Origin: an uncultured Bacteroides sp.
Lineage (GTDB): Bacteria > Bacteroidota > Bacteroidia > Bacteroidales > GCA-2748055
Assembly: GCA_964601975.1 (NCBI GenBank)
Contig: CAZRPW010000002.1
Coordinates: 2,152 to 66,151 of the forward strand
Direction: 5' to 3'
Length of the DNA: 64,000 nt
Shown: positions 34,444 to 42,367 of the stretch, one piece after another
How the letters are laid out: the number at the start of each line of letters is the position of its first letter
How positions within the stretch are numbered: position 1 is the stretch's first letter
Position numbers and translations under genes: made by a program
The notes under the pieces: model-generated
The model's database searches: none
What the model saw: the letters and a program-made list of their open reading frames with translations, nothing else
Told to the model about the DNA's origin: nothing

Positions 34444-35736
34444 ATGAAAAGCACTATGAGAATAAAAGGAGGCGGACTGCTGGCAGGATTACTCATGCTG
34501 AGTACAACGGCCCTGGCCTTACCCCGAATCGAAGAAGAGTTTACCGACACCCTCAATTTTGACACCTACAATGGTCTTGTGGTAGATATGGTAAACAGTC
34601 GTAACCTGCCCTTTGCCACCATTGAAGCTATAGGGAGCAATGTGGCAACTGTCTCAAATATTGATGGCGAGTTTATAATTAAAATAGCCAAAGACTCGAA
34701 GGTCTCGGAACTAAAAATCTCCTACATTGGATTTGCCAATGAAATCGTTTCCCTCTCAGATTTCAAAGAAAATCGAGCCAAAATAATCGGCATGAAACCA
34801 AGCGCTGTTCAATTGAAAGAAATTACGATCCGGCCACAGGATGCCCTGGAACTTATGGTGGATGTTCTCGCAAATATCCGTGAAAACTACAGTGTGGATC
34901 CAATGATGATGAGGGGATTCTATCGTGAAACCATCCAGAGAGGCAAGAACTATGCATCCATTTCAGAAGCGGTGGTTGATATATTTAAAGGAAGTTATGT
35001 AAATGATTTCCAGATAGACCAGGTAAAACTATTCAAAGGCAGGAAGAGCGCCGACGTAGAAAAGATGGATACTGTTTTGTTCAAGGTACAGGGCGGTCCA
35101 AGCACCACCATTTTACTGGATGTGGTAAAAAATCCTTACATCCTTCTATCGTCAGATTATGGCGACATCTACGATTTCAACCTGAGCGATGTAATTAGCA
35201 TTGATGACCAGCTTCACTATGTGGTTTCATTTAACCAGAAAGAACACATATCGGAGCCCTATTATAATGGCCGATTTTATATTGACATGGAGAAACTTGC
35301 CATTACAGAAGCTGTATTTGAATTAAATACCGAGAATGAGGAAGAGGCTGCCCGTCTCTTTATCCAGAGAAAACCCATGGGCATGAGCATCATTCCTGAA
35401 AAAGCAGCCTACCGCGTAAAATATACAGTGGAGGATAATCGCTGGTATTTCCGCTACGCCAGGGCAGAGGTCAAATTTAAGGTAAGCTGGAAAAAGAAAC
35501 TCTTTAACACTACCTACTCCACCATGTCGGAGTTGGCAATTACAGACCGAACCTATGAAGGCATTGAGAAATTCTCCGGGAAAGAACGATTCAGGACAAA
35601 CGATGTGATGAATGATAAGGTATTCACTTTCTTCGACCAGGGATTCTGGGAAGGATATAACGTCATAGAACCCGACCAATCGATCGAGAGTGCCATCAAG
35701 CGACTGAATCGCAAATACCTGAAGAGAAACGGTTAA
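34444..35736 (+). CDS. Carboxypeptidase-regulatory-like domain protein (unknown function), STN-less paralog of 37389..38921
   Basis: A signal peptide is present. The CarboxypepD_reg-like module reads VVDMVNSRNLPFATIEAIGSNVATVSNIDGEFIIKI. The C-terminal ~300 aa are clearly homologous to 37389..38921 (RGFYRETIQRGKNYASISEAVVDIFKGSY versus TAYYRESVKRNEHCMLFSEAVLNVAKGPY). Confidence 0.6.
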   Translation: MKSTMRIKGGGLLAGLLMLSTTALALPRIEEEFTDTLNFDTYNGLVVDMVNSRNLPFATIEAIGSNVATVSNIDGEFIIKIAKDSKVSELKISYIGFANEIVSLSDFKENRAKIIGMKPSAVQLKEITIRPQDALELMVDVLANIRENYSVDPMMMRGFYRETIQRGKNYASISEAVVDIFKGSYVNDFQIDQVKLFKGRKSADVEKMDTVLFKVQGGPSTTILLDVVKNPYILLSSDYGDIYDFNLSDVISIDDQLHYVVSFNQKEHISEPYYNGRFYIDMEKLAITEAVFELNTENEEEAARLFIQRKPMGMSIIPEKAAYRVKYTVEDNRWYFRYARAEVKFKVSWKKKLFNTTYSTMSELAITDRTYEGIEKFSGKERFRTNDVMNDKVFTFFDQGFWEGYNVIEPDQSIESAIKRLNRKYLKRNG

Positions 35737-35752
35737 GCCTATATATAGATTG

Positions 35753-35820
35753 AAGCGCTGTCTCCCGATTTGTGTAACTTTACCGTCCACTTACAGCACA
35801 TGCAGAGACAGCGCTTTTTA
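35753..35820 (+). terminator. Long-loop hairpin with a short T-tract between the paralog gene and the ECF sigma gene
   Basis: AAGCGCTGTCTC (35753-35764) pairs with GAGACAGCGCTT (35805-35816), a perfect 12-bp stem with a 40-nt loop. It is followed by TTTTA. Confidence 0.45.
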
Positions 35821-35829
35821 TAAAAACCC

Positions 35830-36381
35830 ATGATCCTGAAAGAACAACATCAGCTGAGAAAGATCAGGAAGGGGGATATCGCTTCCTTCGAGAAGCTTTT
35901 CTTCAGTTTCTATCCCGGCCTTCTAAAATATTCAGAGCGCCTGGTTCGAAAGGCCGAGATTGCAGAAGAAGTTGTTCAGGATGTGTTCTACAATGTATGG
36001 AAAAACAGGGAATCAATAAGAATCACCCATACCTGGAAAAGCTACCTCTTTCGATCGGTATATAACAATTCGATGATGTACCTGAGAAAAACACGCAGAG
36101 AAGTAAGCCTGGAGGAGGGACTTTTCCTTGAAAAGGAAGGAAGTGCTCCCAATCCCATCGAGGAACTTGAATTTAACGAGACTTCAGCTATGATTGCGGA
36201 TACAGTAAACAGTTTGCCCAAAAGAACACGGGAAATTTTCCTGATGAACAGGCATGAAGGTTTGAAATACAGGGAAATTGCAGAACAGCTTTCGATATCT
36301 GTAAAAACGGTTGAAGCGAATATGGGTAAAGCACTGAAGGCTTTGAGAAAAAGCCTGGAGAAATATGGAGAAGAACAGTGA
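35830..36381 (+). CDS. ECF-type RNA polymerase sigma-70 factor
   Basis: Region 2 reads FEKLFFSFYPGLLKYSERLV...VQDVFYNVWKNR. Region 4 reads LKYREIAEQLSISVKTVEANMGKALKALR. Confidence 0.85.
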   Translation: MILKEQHQLRKIRKGDIASFEKLFFSFYPGLLKYSERLVRKAEIAEEVVQDVFYNVWKNRESIRITHTWKSYLFRSVYNNSMMYLRKTRREVSLEEGLFLEKEGSAPNPIEELEFNETSAMIADTVNSLPKRTREIFLMNRHEGLKYREIAEQLSISVKTVEANMGKALKALRKSLEKYGEEQ

Positions 36382-36383
36382 GC

Positions 36384-37379
36384 ATGAAAAAAAATAAGAT
36401 CTGGATCTCCATGGCCAGGTACCTTGCCGGTGAAATGGAGACGAAAGAGGAGATTGAATTCAGAAAGAGGTCTGATTGTGACCTCGATCTGCAAAAAGAA
36501 TTAAAGCAAATGGAAAAGAGCTGGACATACTATGGTAATCAGGCATCTCCCGAAGATGATGATTTACAAAATGCATGGAGAAATCTGCAGCAGCGGCTTG
36601 AAGTCGACGGTCTGCTCGACCCTTCCCATTCATCACCAGGAATACGAAGCAAAGCCAGCAGTCTGAAGATCGCCGCTTCCATCCTGCTGGCACTAGCCAT
36701 CGGCATTCCATCCCTCTGGTATGGAGTGATCCGCAACAAGGAAAATCCATCCACAATACAGCACTTCTCCGAGAAGGGTGTCAGCACCATCGACCTCCCC
36801 GACGGAAGCCGTGTTTACCTGAATGAAGGATCCGGAATCAGCTACCCGGAAAGCTTTGACCAGGGCCGAAGAATTAAACTCGACGGGGAAGCATTTTTTG
36901 AGGTCATGTCCAACCCGGCCAGCCCCTTTACTGTCAGATCCGGGCAGGTAACTGTATCTGTCCTCGGAACCTCTTTCAATGTAAAAAGGGGGGACAGGCA
37001 GGAGGACATTGAGGTGTTCGTGAAAACCGGAAAAGTAAGAATGTTTTTGGAAGATCCGGATGAATTCATCACCCTCGAACCTGGCGATCTGGGCAGGGCC
37101 AAAGAATCAACGCTTTCCCTCCTGGAACAATCCGATCCGAATTATATTTCATGGAAAACAAAAGATTTTAAATTTGTAGACGAAGAACTTGGTAAAGTCC
37201 TCCGTGAACTTGAAGAATCATACCATGTGAAAATTCGTGCCGAAGGAGTCCAATTGAGCGAGTTAAGGATTACATCTGCCTACAGCGAGCAATCTATTGA
37301 TGCTATTCTGGAAACCATTGGTGCAGCTTTCGGTCTGAATGTTCAAAAAAAGGAGGAGCTTTACCACCTGACACCATAA
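36384..37379 (+). CDS. FecR-family anti-sigma factor/sensor
   Basis: The N-terminal anti-sigma segment is followed by one TM (IAASILLALAIGIPSLWYGV). The FecR periplasmic motifs are IDLPDGSRVYLNEGSGISY, LDGEAFFEV and VSVLGTSFNV. I chose the ATG at 36384; the GTG at 36378 overlaps the sigma stop. Confidence 0.85.
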   Translation: MKKNKIWISMARYLAGEMETKEEIEFRKRSDCDLDLQKELKQMEKSWTYYGNQASPEDDDLQNAWRNLQQRLEVDGLLDPSHSSPGIRSKASSLKIAASILLALAIGIPSLWYGVIRNKENPSTIQHFSEKGVSTIDLPDGSRVYLNEGSGISYPESFDQGRRIKLDGEAFFEVMSNPASPFTVRSGQVTVSVLGTSFNVKRGDRQEDIEVFVKTGKVRMFLEDPDEFITLEPGDLGRAKESTLSLLEQSDPNYISWKTKDFKFVDEELGKVLRELEESYHVKIRAEGVQLSELRITSAYSEQSIDAILETIGAAFGLNVQKKEELYHLTP

Positions 37380-37388
37380 AAGTAGCCC

Positions 37389-38921
37389 ATGAGGCCCGGC
37401 CTGGCACTTCTTCTGCAAATTCTATTCCTGTCGGCTCCCCTGAGCCTGACCGGTCAGGATGCTATTCCTGACCTTCAAATTACCCTTAGCCCAAAGACCA
37501 GGACTGTGAACCAGGTTCTTGAGGAAATTACCCTTCAGAGCGGCTACTATTTCACCTATAATTCAGCACTGATCGCCGGAAGGGAACGAATCCGTATTGG
37601 CTTCAATGACATTGGCCTGAAGGAAGCACTTGACAGCCTGTTTCAGGACCCGGCACTCGGTTACAGAGTAGTTGAACGAAACATTGTTATTTTCAAGAAA
37701 AACGATCAGCCCGCCTTTCCGGTCCTTCCGGAAATAGGCCGAACCCTCATCAGGGGAAGGGTGATAGACAGCCGCTCTGGCAAAGCGCTCCCCTATGCGA
37801 CCATCGCGCTCTACGGAACCTCCCTGGGATCCATAAGCAACGAATCTGGCATCTTCTCATTCAAGATCCCGTCCGATCTAAATGATCCCTTCCTTGTCAT
37901 TTCATATATGGGATACAAAAATATGTTACTGCCGGTAAGCTACCCCGTGGAGCAGGAACTGAACATAGAAATGAATCGTGAGACCATTCCGCTCCAGGAG
38001 GTTATAATCAGGTATTCCGATCCGGTTAAGATTCTCAGTGAAGCCATCAGCAGAATTCCCAAAAACTACCTGCAGGAACATTCCGAGATGACGGCCTACT
38101 ACAGGGAATCTGTAAAAAGAAATGAACACTGCATGCTTTTTTCTGAAGCGGTTCTCAATGTGGCAAAGGGACCCTACTCAGATTTTGGCAGCGAAGATCA
38201 GGTTAGCATCCAGAAAGGGAGAAAAATCAGTGATCTCTCCAATGAAGACACCGTCATCATTAAGCTTCGCTCCGGAATCAAGGCATCATTTGAGCTGGAC
38301 ATCATAAAAAACAGGCCCGATTTCCTGGGGGAAAAATTCCTGGACTATTATGACCTGGAATTCACCGATATGATGAGCTATGGAGAGAGGCTTGTCTACG
38401 TCATCAGCTTCCGGCAAAAAAGTATGATTCCACAGTTGATGTTTCTGGGAAGGATTTATATTGACCAGGAAAACCTGGCCATCATTGCAGCCGATTTTGA
38501 ATTCAACCCACAATTGATCCAAAATGATCCGGGCTTGTTCCTGGTCAGCCGCTCTCCCCGGGTAAGGATCCGTCCGCTACTGGCAAGATATCATGTGGAT
38601 TACAGGCAAATAGCGGGGGTATTTCACGTAAGCCAGGTAAGGGCGGAGGTGGAGATGAAGGTCAGGAAGCGCAGGCGGTGGATCGGCGCAAAATACCGCA
38701 TCGCCATTGAGATGGCCATCACTGATGTGATTCCCGGTGAACGCATCCGGATCGCCCCTTCGGAAAGAGTAAAGCCAAATACGGTTTTGGCCGATCAACC
38801 CTTCGATTTTGCGCCCGACTTCTGGGGCATCTATAACACCATTGAGCCGGAAGCGACTCTGCAGGAATCGCTCAGCAAGATTGAACACAGCATCCAGGAG
38901 ATCAGGCATGACCAGGAGTAA
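37389..38921 (+). CDS. STN domain plus carboxypeptidase-regulatory-like domain protein lacking a TonB-dependent plug or barrel
   Basis: A signal peptide is present. The STN-like module reads TVNQVLEEITLQSGYYFTYNSALI...IGLKEALDSLFQDPALGYRVVERNIVIFKK. The CarboxypepD_reg module reads IRGRVIDSRSGKALPYATIALYGTSLGSISNESGIFSF. The remaining ~300-aa domain is shared with 34444..35736. The total length of 510 aa is too short for a TBDT barrel. Confidence 0.65.
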   Translation: MRPGLALLLQILFLSAPLSLTGQDAIPDLQITLSPKTRTVNQVLEEITLQSGYYFTYNSALIAGRERIRIGFNDIGLKEALDSLFQDPALGYRVVERNIVIFKKNDQPAFPVLPEIGRTLIRGRVIDSRSGKALPYATIALYGTSLGSISNESGIFSFKIPSDLNDPFLVISYMGYKNMLLPVSYPVEQELNIEMNRETIPLQEVIIRYSDPVKILSEAISRIPKNYLQEHSEMTAYYRESVKRNEHCMLFSEAVLNVAKGPYSDFGSEDQVSIQKGRKISDLSNEDTVIIKLRSGIKASFELDIIKNRPDFLGEKFLDYYDLEFTDMMSYGERLVYVISFRQKSMIPQLMFLGRIYIDQENLAIIAADFEFNPQLIQNDPGLFLVSRSPRVRIRPLLARYHVDYRQIAGVFHVSQVRAEVEMKVRKRRRWIGAKYRIAIEMAITDVIPGERIRIAPSERVKPNTVLADQPFDFAPDFWGIYNTIEPEATLQESLSKIEHSIQEIRHDQE

Positions 38922-38963
38922 GCTATTCAGGCACTCTTTTGATTTTTACTTTATCTTTATTAA

Positions 38964-40211
38964 ATGAAATCCCTGGTGTATATTTTTAGCCTCCTGATGA
39001 TTGGGAGTATTTCTCACGGTCAAACGGCGAGGGTCGTGGGCTACTTACCCACTTATCGATTTAACACAAGCGCTCAGATCGAGTACTGTAAACTGACACA
39101 TTTAAACCTGGCTTTTGCCAATCCGGATAGTGCCGGAAATCTTCAAATACCAGATTATACAACAGTTGTTTCGGATGCTTTGAGTGATAACCCTGCTATA
39201 ATTATCTGCATATCACTGGGTGGTGCAGGCCTAACAAGCGCACAAAAAAGCGCTTGGTCCAACTTCATTGATATCCCTTCCAATCGACCCGCATTTATTA
39301 GCAGCATCGTTGAATACGTGCTGGCCAATCAACTGGATGGAGTAGATATGGACCTGGAATGGGATGATGTCACATCCGGTTATAGTGATTTTATTACTGA
39401 GCTGGATACAGCTTTAAATACACACGACAAACTCCTTACGGTAGCCTTCCCAAACCACACGCTTTACAGCCATGTTTCCAGGGAAGCTCTAGACGCTTTT
39501 GATTTCATCAATATCATGGCATACGATGCCACCGGACCATGGAACCCCTCTTCTCCCGGCCAGCATAGTTCTCTTAACTTTTCCTCGAAATGCATCAACT
39601 TTTGGAAAAATACTGCCGGGGTTTCAGGAAACAAACTGACCCTTGGTGTTCCCTTCTATGGCTATGATTTTGTGAGTCCCTCACTTGCAAATGCTGTCAC
39701 CTATGCCCAAATGGTAAATAGCAATCCTTCCTATGCTGATTTAGATACTGTTGGAAATATTTATTATAATGGCAGGCCAAGCATTGAATCAAAAGTCATT
39801 CTTGCGAACAGTGAAGTTTCAGGAATCATGATCTGGGAAATTGGTCAGGATTCATTCGATGAATATTCCCTGCTCACCACCATTCATAACAAGTATACCT
39901 CGCTGGGTATAACAACAACAGGCCTTTGTGGAAATGAAAATGCATTGTCAGGCATCGAGCCAGAATGCCATAAGCACTGTAAAATATATCCTAATCCGGC
40001 TCATGGTTTTTTAACAATTAAAGATCCCGCAAAAGAACCTTCAAAAATCATAATTACAAATTCTTCGGGACAATTTATCAATATTGATGCAATATCAAAT
40101 CATACAGATGAGTGGCACATAGATGTGTCAAAATTTCAAAAAGGACTTTATTTTATTAAAATTGTAAGCAAGGATGATGTCCTGGAAATACATAAAATAA
40201 TGGTGATATAA
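38964..40211 (+). CDS. Glycoside hydrolase family 18 (chitinase/endo-beta-N-acetylglucosaminidase-like) with a T9SS C-terminal sorting domain
   Basis: The GH18 catalytic motif DGVDMDLEW (DxxDxDxE), INIMAYD, and the C-terminal KIYPNPAHGFLTIK...GLYFIKIVSK are present. Confidence 0.85.
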   Translation: MKSLVYIFSLLMIGSISHGQTARVVGYLPTYRFNTSAQIEYCKLTHLNLAFANPDSAGNLQIPDYTTVVSDALSDNPAIIICISLGGAGLTSAQKSAWSNFIDIPSNRPAFISSIVEYVLANQLDGVDMDLEWDDVTSGYSDFITELDTALNTHDKLLTVAFPNHTLYSHVSREALDAFDFINIMAYDATGPWNPSSPGQHSSLNFSSKCINFWKNTAGVSGNKLTLGVPFYGYDFVSPSLANAVTYAQMVNSNPSYADLDTVGNIYYNGRPSIESKVILANSEVSGIMIWEIGQDSFDEYSLLTTIHNKYTSLGITTTGLCGNENALSGIEPECHKHCKIYPNPAHGFLTIKDPAKEPSKIIITNSSGQFINIDAISNHTDEWHIDVSKFQKGLYFIKIVSKDDVLEIHKIMVI

Positions 40212-40624
40212 TGGAAAAAGAATCGGCCGAAAGGATGGAGAAACTTGTCAGGCAAAAGCTTGAAGGGAAGAGTTACACCGAAATCAGGGCAGAGCTGAAA
40301 GCATCCGGAATGTCATCCGAAGAAATCGCCGCGCTCATCAGAGAAGTCGATGAAAAGGTCTTGCAGGAGGCAGTGAAGGAAGGAACTCCGGAGAAGTCAA
40401 TGCAATGGTACAGAGGCGGACTGGTACTGGCAGTTCTGGGACTGCTCCTCACCATTGCATTTAATGTGGGGCTTATTCTGAAAAACGTCCATCCATTAGT
40501 GGTTTACGCCCCCTTTATCGCAGGAATTCTCCTGATGTTCTATGGAAGGATGATGCAGCGCCGCCAGCCTGAAAAGAAAAAAGAGGGTACGGGAGCCATT
40601 CGAAGGAAAAGACCCTTTAAATGA
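40211..40624 (+). CDS. Hypothetical membrane protein (two TM helices, basic tail)
   Basis: A charged helical N-terminus is followed by LVLAVLGLLLTIAFNVGLIL and VVYAPFIAGILLMFYG. No family was recognised. Confidence 0.45.
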   Translation: MEKESAERMEKLVRQKLEGKSYTEIRAELKASGMSSEEIAALIREVDEKVLQEAVKEGTPEKSMQWYRGGLVLAVLGLLLTIAFNVGLILKNVHPLVVYAPFIAGILLMFYGRMMQRRQPEKKKEGTGAIRRKRPFK

Positions 40625-40634
40625 GAGAAGAGCT

Positions 40635-41273
40635 ATGGTAGAAGAGATTGTAAAAAAGAGATTCCCATTTTTTGAATCGGGACTAAGGGATGCCATCATG
40701 GAAGAAGGCACCTACAGGAAATTTGCTGCCGGTGAGGAGTTGATGCGTGAGGACCAGTTTATCCGTTCATTTCCAATTGTCATATCAGGCCTGATCAAGG
40801 TCTGCCGGACCGATGAGGCCGGCAATGAACTGCTCCTCTACTACCTGCGGCCGGGTGAGGTCTGCACCGTAACCCTGATCTGCTGCATGGACCGCACCCG
40901 TAGCCGCGTCAAAGCAATTGCCGAGGAGAAGACTGAGGCAATCCTTGTTCCGGTGGAACTGCTGGACAGCTGGATGACCGAATACCAGACCTGGAAGGAA
41001 TATGTAATGCATTCCATGCAGAAACGTTTCGACGAATTACTGGATGCCCTCGACAGTATTGCATTTCTGAAAATGGATGAACGGCTCGAGAAATTTTTCA
41101 CCGATCGCTATAAATCTACCGGAACAAGCCTCTACGAGGGCTCTCACCAGGATGTTGCACAGGCCATGAACAGCTCCCGTGAAGTGATCTCCCGCTTACT
41201 GAAACAAATGGAGAAAAAGGGGATGGTTTTTCTTTCCAGGGGCCGCATCGATTACTCCCCCCTTTGTGACTAA
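40635..41273 (+). CDS. Crp/Fnr-family transcriptional regulator
   Basis: A cNMP-binding-like beta-roll (GEELMREDQFIRSFPIVISGLIKV...LLYYLRPGE) and a C-terminal HTH (SHQDVAQAMNSSREVISRLLKQMEKKGMV) are present. Confidence 0.8.
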   Translation: MVEEIVKKRFPFFESGLRDAIMEEGTYRKFAAGEELMREDQFIRSFPIVISGLIKVCRTDEAGNELLLYYLRPGEVCTVTLICCMDRTRSRVKAIAEEKTEAILVPVELLDSWMTEYQTWKEYVMHSMQKRFDELLDALDSIAFLKMDERLEKFFTDRYKSTGTSLYEGSHQDVAQAMNSSREVISRLLKQMEKKGMVFLSRGRIDYSPLCD

Positions 41274-41328
41274 AGTTACTGTATAATTCTTTCCTCCTTG
41301 TTTTCTTTGCCACCTATATTATTTGCAA

Positions 41329-41904
41329 ATGAAAACAGTTCAGGTAAAATCATATAGTGAATTAGAAAGCCTTGTTTCCGGGCCAGAACGCTCGATCCTG
41401 CTCCTTTACAAAGCTGGGAGTGAACAGAGTGAATGTGCTCTGAAGCGCATCTGTAAACTGGATTCCGAAAAGGAACAGTCTGTTCTTACGTCCGATGTAA
41501 GTACCGTTCGAGACATCCATGGAAAATTGGGTGTTGACACAGTCCCCAGCCTGGTCATATTAAACCACCATAAGGTGGTGAATATCATCAAAGGCTGTCA
41601 GACCGAATCCTCCTATCATTCACTTATTTCGGGAAGACAGTTAGGCTCCAGTCCTTCTGCAAAAGGAAAAGCGAAACAGGTAACCGTCTACTCCACTCCT
41701 ACTTGCTCGTGGTGCACCACACTGAAAACTTATCTTGACAGTCAAAAAATCTCCTACCGGGAGATCAATATTGCTTCAGATACTTCAGCTGCGGAAGCCA
41801 TGGTAAGGAAGAGCGGCCAGCAGGGGGTACCCCAGACAGAAATAAACGGACAGATGATCGTGGGTTTTAACAAAGCCAGGATTAATCAGCTCCTTGAGAT
41901 ATAA
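41329..41904 (+). CDS. Thioredoxin-fold protein: N-terminal Trx-like domain without CxxC fused to a C-terminal glutaredoxin-like (YruB/NrdH-type) domain
   Basis: The C-terminal domain reads VTVYSTPTCSWCTTLKTYLDSQKISYREINI...GVPQTEINGQMIVGF, with a CSWC active site. The N-terminal ~100 aa have Trx-like secondary-structure periodicity (VPSLVILNHHKVV). Confidence 0.65.
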   Translation: MKTVQVKSYSELESLVSGPERSILLLYKAGSEQSECALKRICKLDSEKEQSVLTSDVSTVRDIHGKLGVDTVPSLVILNHHKVVNIIKGCQTESSYHSLISGRQLGSSPSAKGKAKQVTVYSTPTCSWCTTLKTYLDSQKISYREINIASDTSAAEAMVRKSGQQGVPQTEINGQMIVGFNKARINQLLEI

Positions 41905-41943
41905 TGAGTTCGACTCGTTTAGTAAACCTAAAAACAATTAAAA

Positions 41944-42225
41944 ATGAAAGAGTTACAGCCAATTAATCAACATGTGCTTCTTGAATTGGAAGCCTCAGAA
42001 GAGAAAACTGCTTCAGGTATCATTATACCGGATACCGCCCAACAAAAACCAATCTTTGCCAAGGTACTGGCATTAAGCGGGATCGAAGATCCTGAGATCT
42101 CAGTAGGCGATGTGGTTTTTTATAAGAATTTTTCAGGCACTGAACTGGAATTTGACGGACGGAATTTCTTAATGATGCCCTATGCCGATATTCTCGGACG
42201 TGTTGTAGAGACCGATAAAATCTAA
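41944..42225 (+). CDS. GroES-family co-chaperonin paralog (no adjacent groEL)
   Basis: LQPINQHVLLELEASEEKTASGIIIPDTAQQKP...VGDVVFYKNFSGTELEFDGRNFLMMPYADILGRV aligns along its full length with the Cpn10 pattern. Confidence 0.75.
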   Translation: MKELQPINQHVLLELEASEEKTASGIIIPDTAQQKPIFAKVLALSGIEDPEISVGDVVFYKNFSGTELEFDGRNFLMMPYADILGRVVETDKI

Positions 42226-42282
42226 TTCAGGTTTTCCAGGCTAAGGCAATTTCACCATTATCAAAATCTTTAGGTTTCTGCC

Positions 42283-42327
42283 GAAGGGCTGTTCCGCCTT
42301 GGCGGACAACAGCCCTTCTTTTTTTTT
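42283..42327 (+). terminator. Rho-independent terminator after the GroES-like gene
   Basis: GAAGGGCTGTTCCGCC-TT-GGCGGACAACAGCCCTTC forms a long GC-rich stem with a 2-nt (AC) bulge in the 3' arm. It is followed by a run of 9 T. Confidence 0.8.
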
Positions 42328-42367
42328 GGCTATATTTAGCGCCTTGAAATCCCATAAATGATTTAAT

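Noticed and set aside
34338-34565. 76-codon N-terminal extension of the SDR ORF
   Set aside because: The SDR Rossmann motif begins right after the internal ATG at 34337. The extension is hydrophobic and odd, and it overlaps the start of the divergent gene at 34444.
38964-40211. Apparent AT-rich patches in the GH18 gene (and in the esterase gene at 50948..52183) as a sign of horizontal transfer
   Set aside because: This rests on hand counts of a few 60-nt lines (about 30-52% GC). It is not a proper sliding-window analysis, and there are no flanking mobility genes or repeats.
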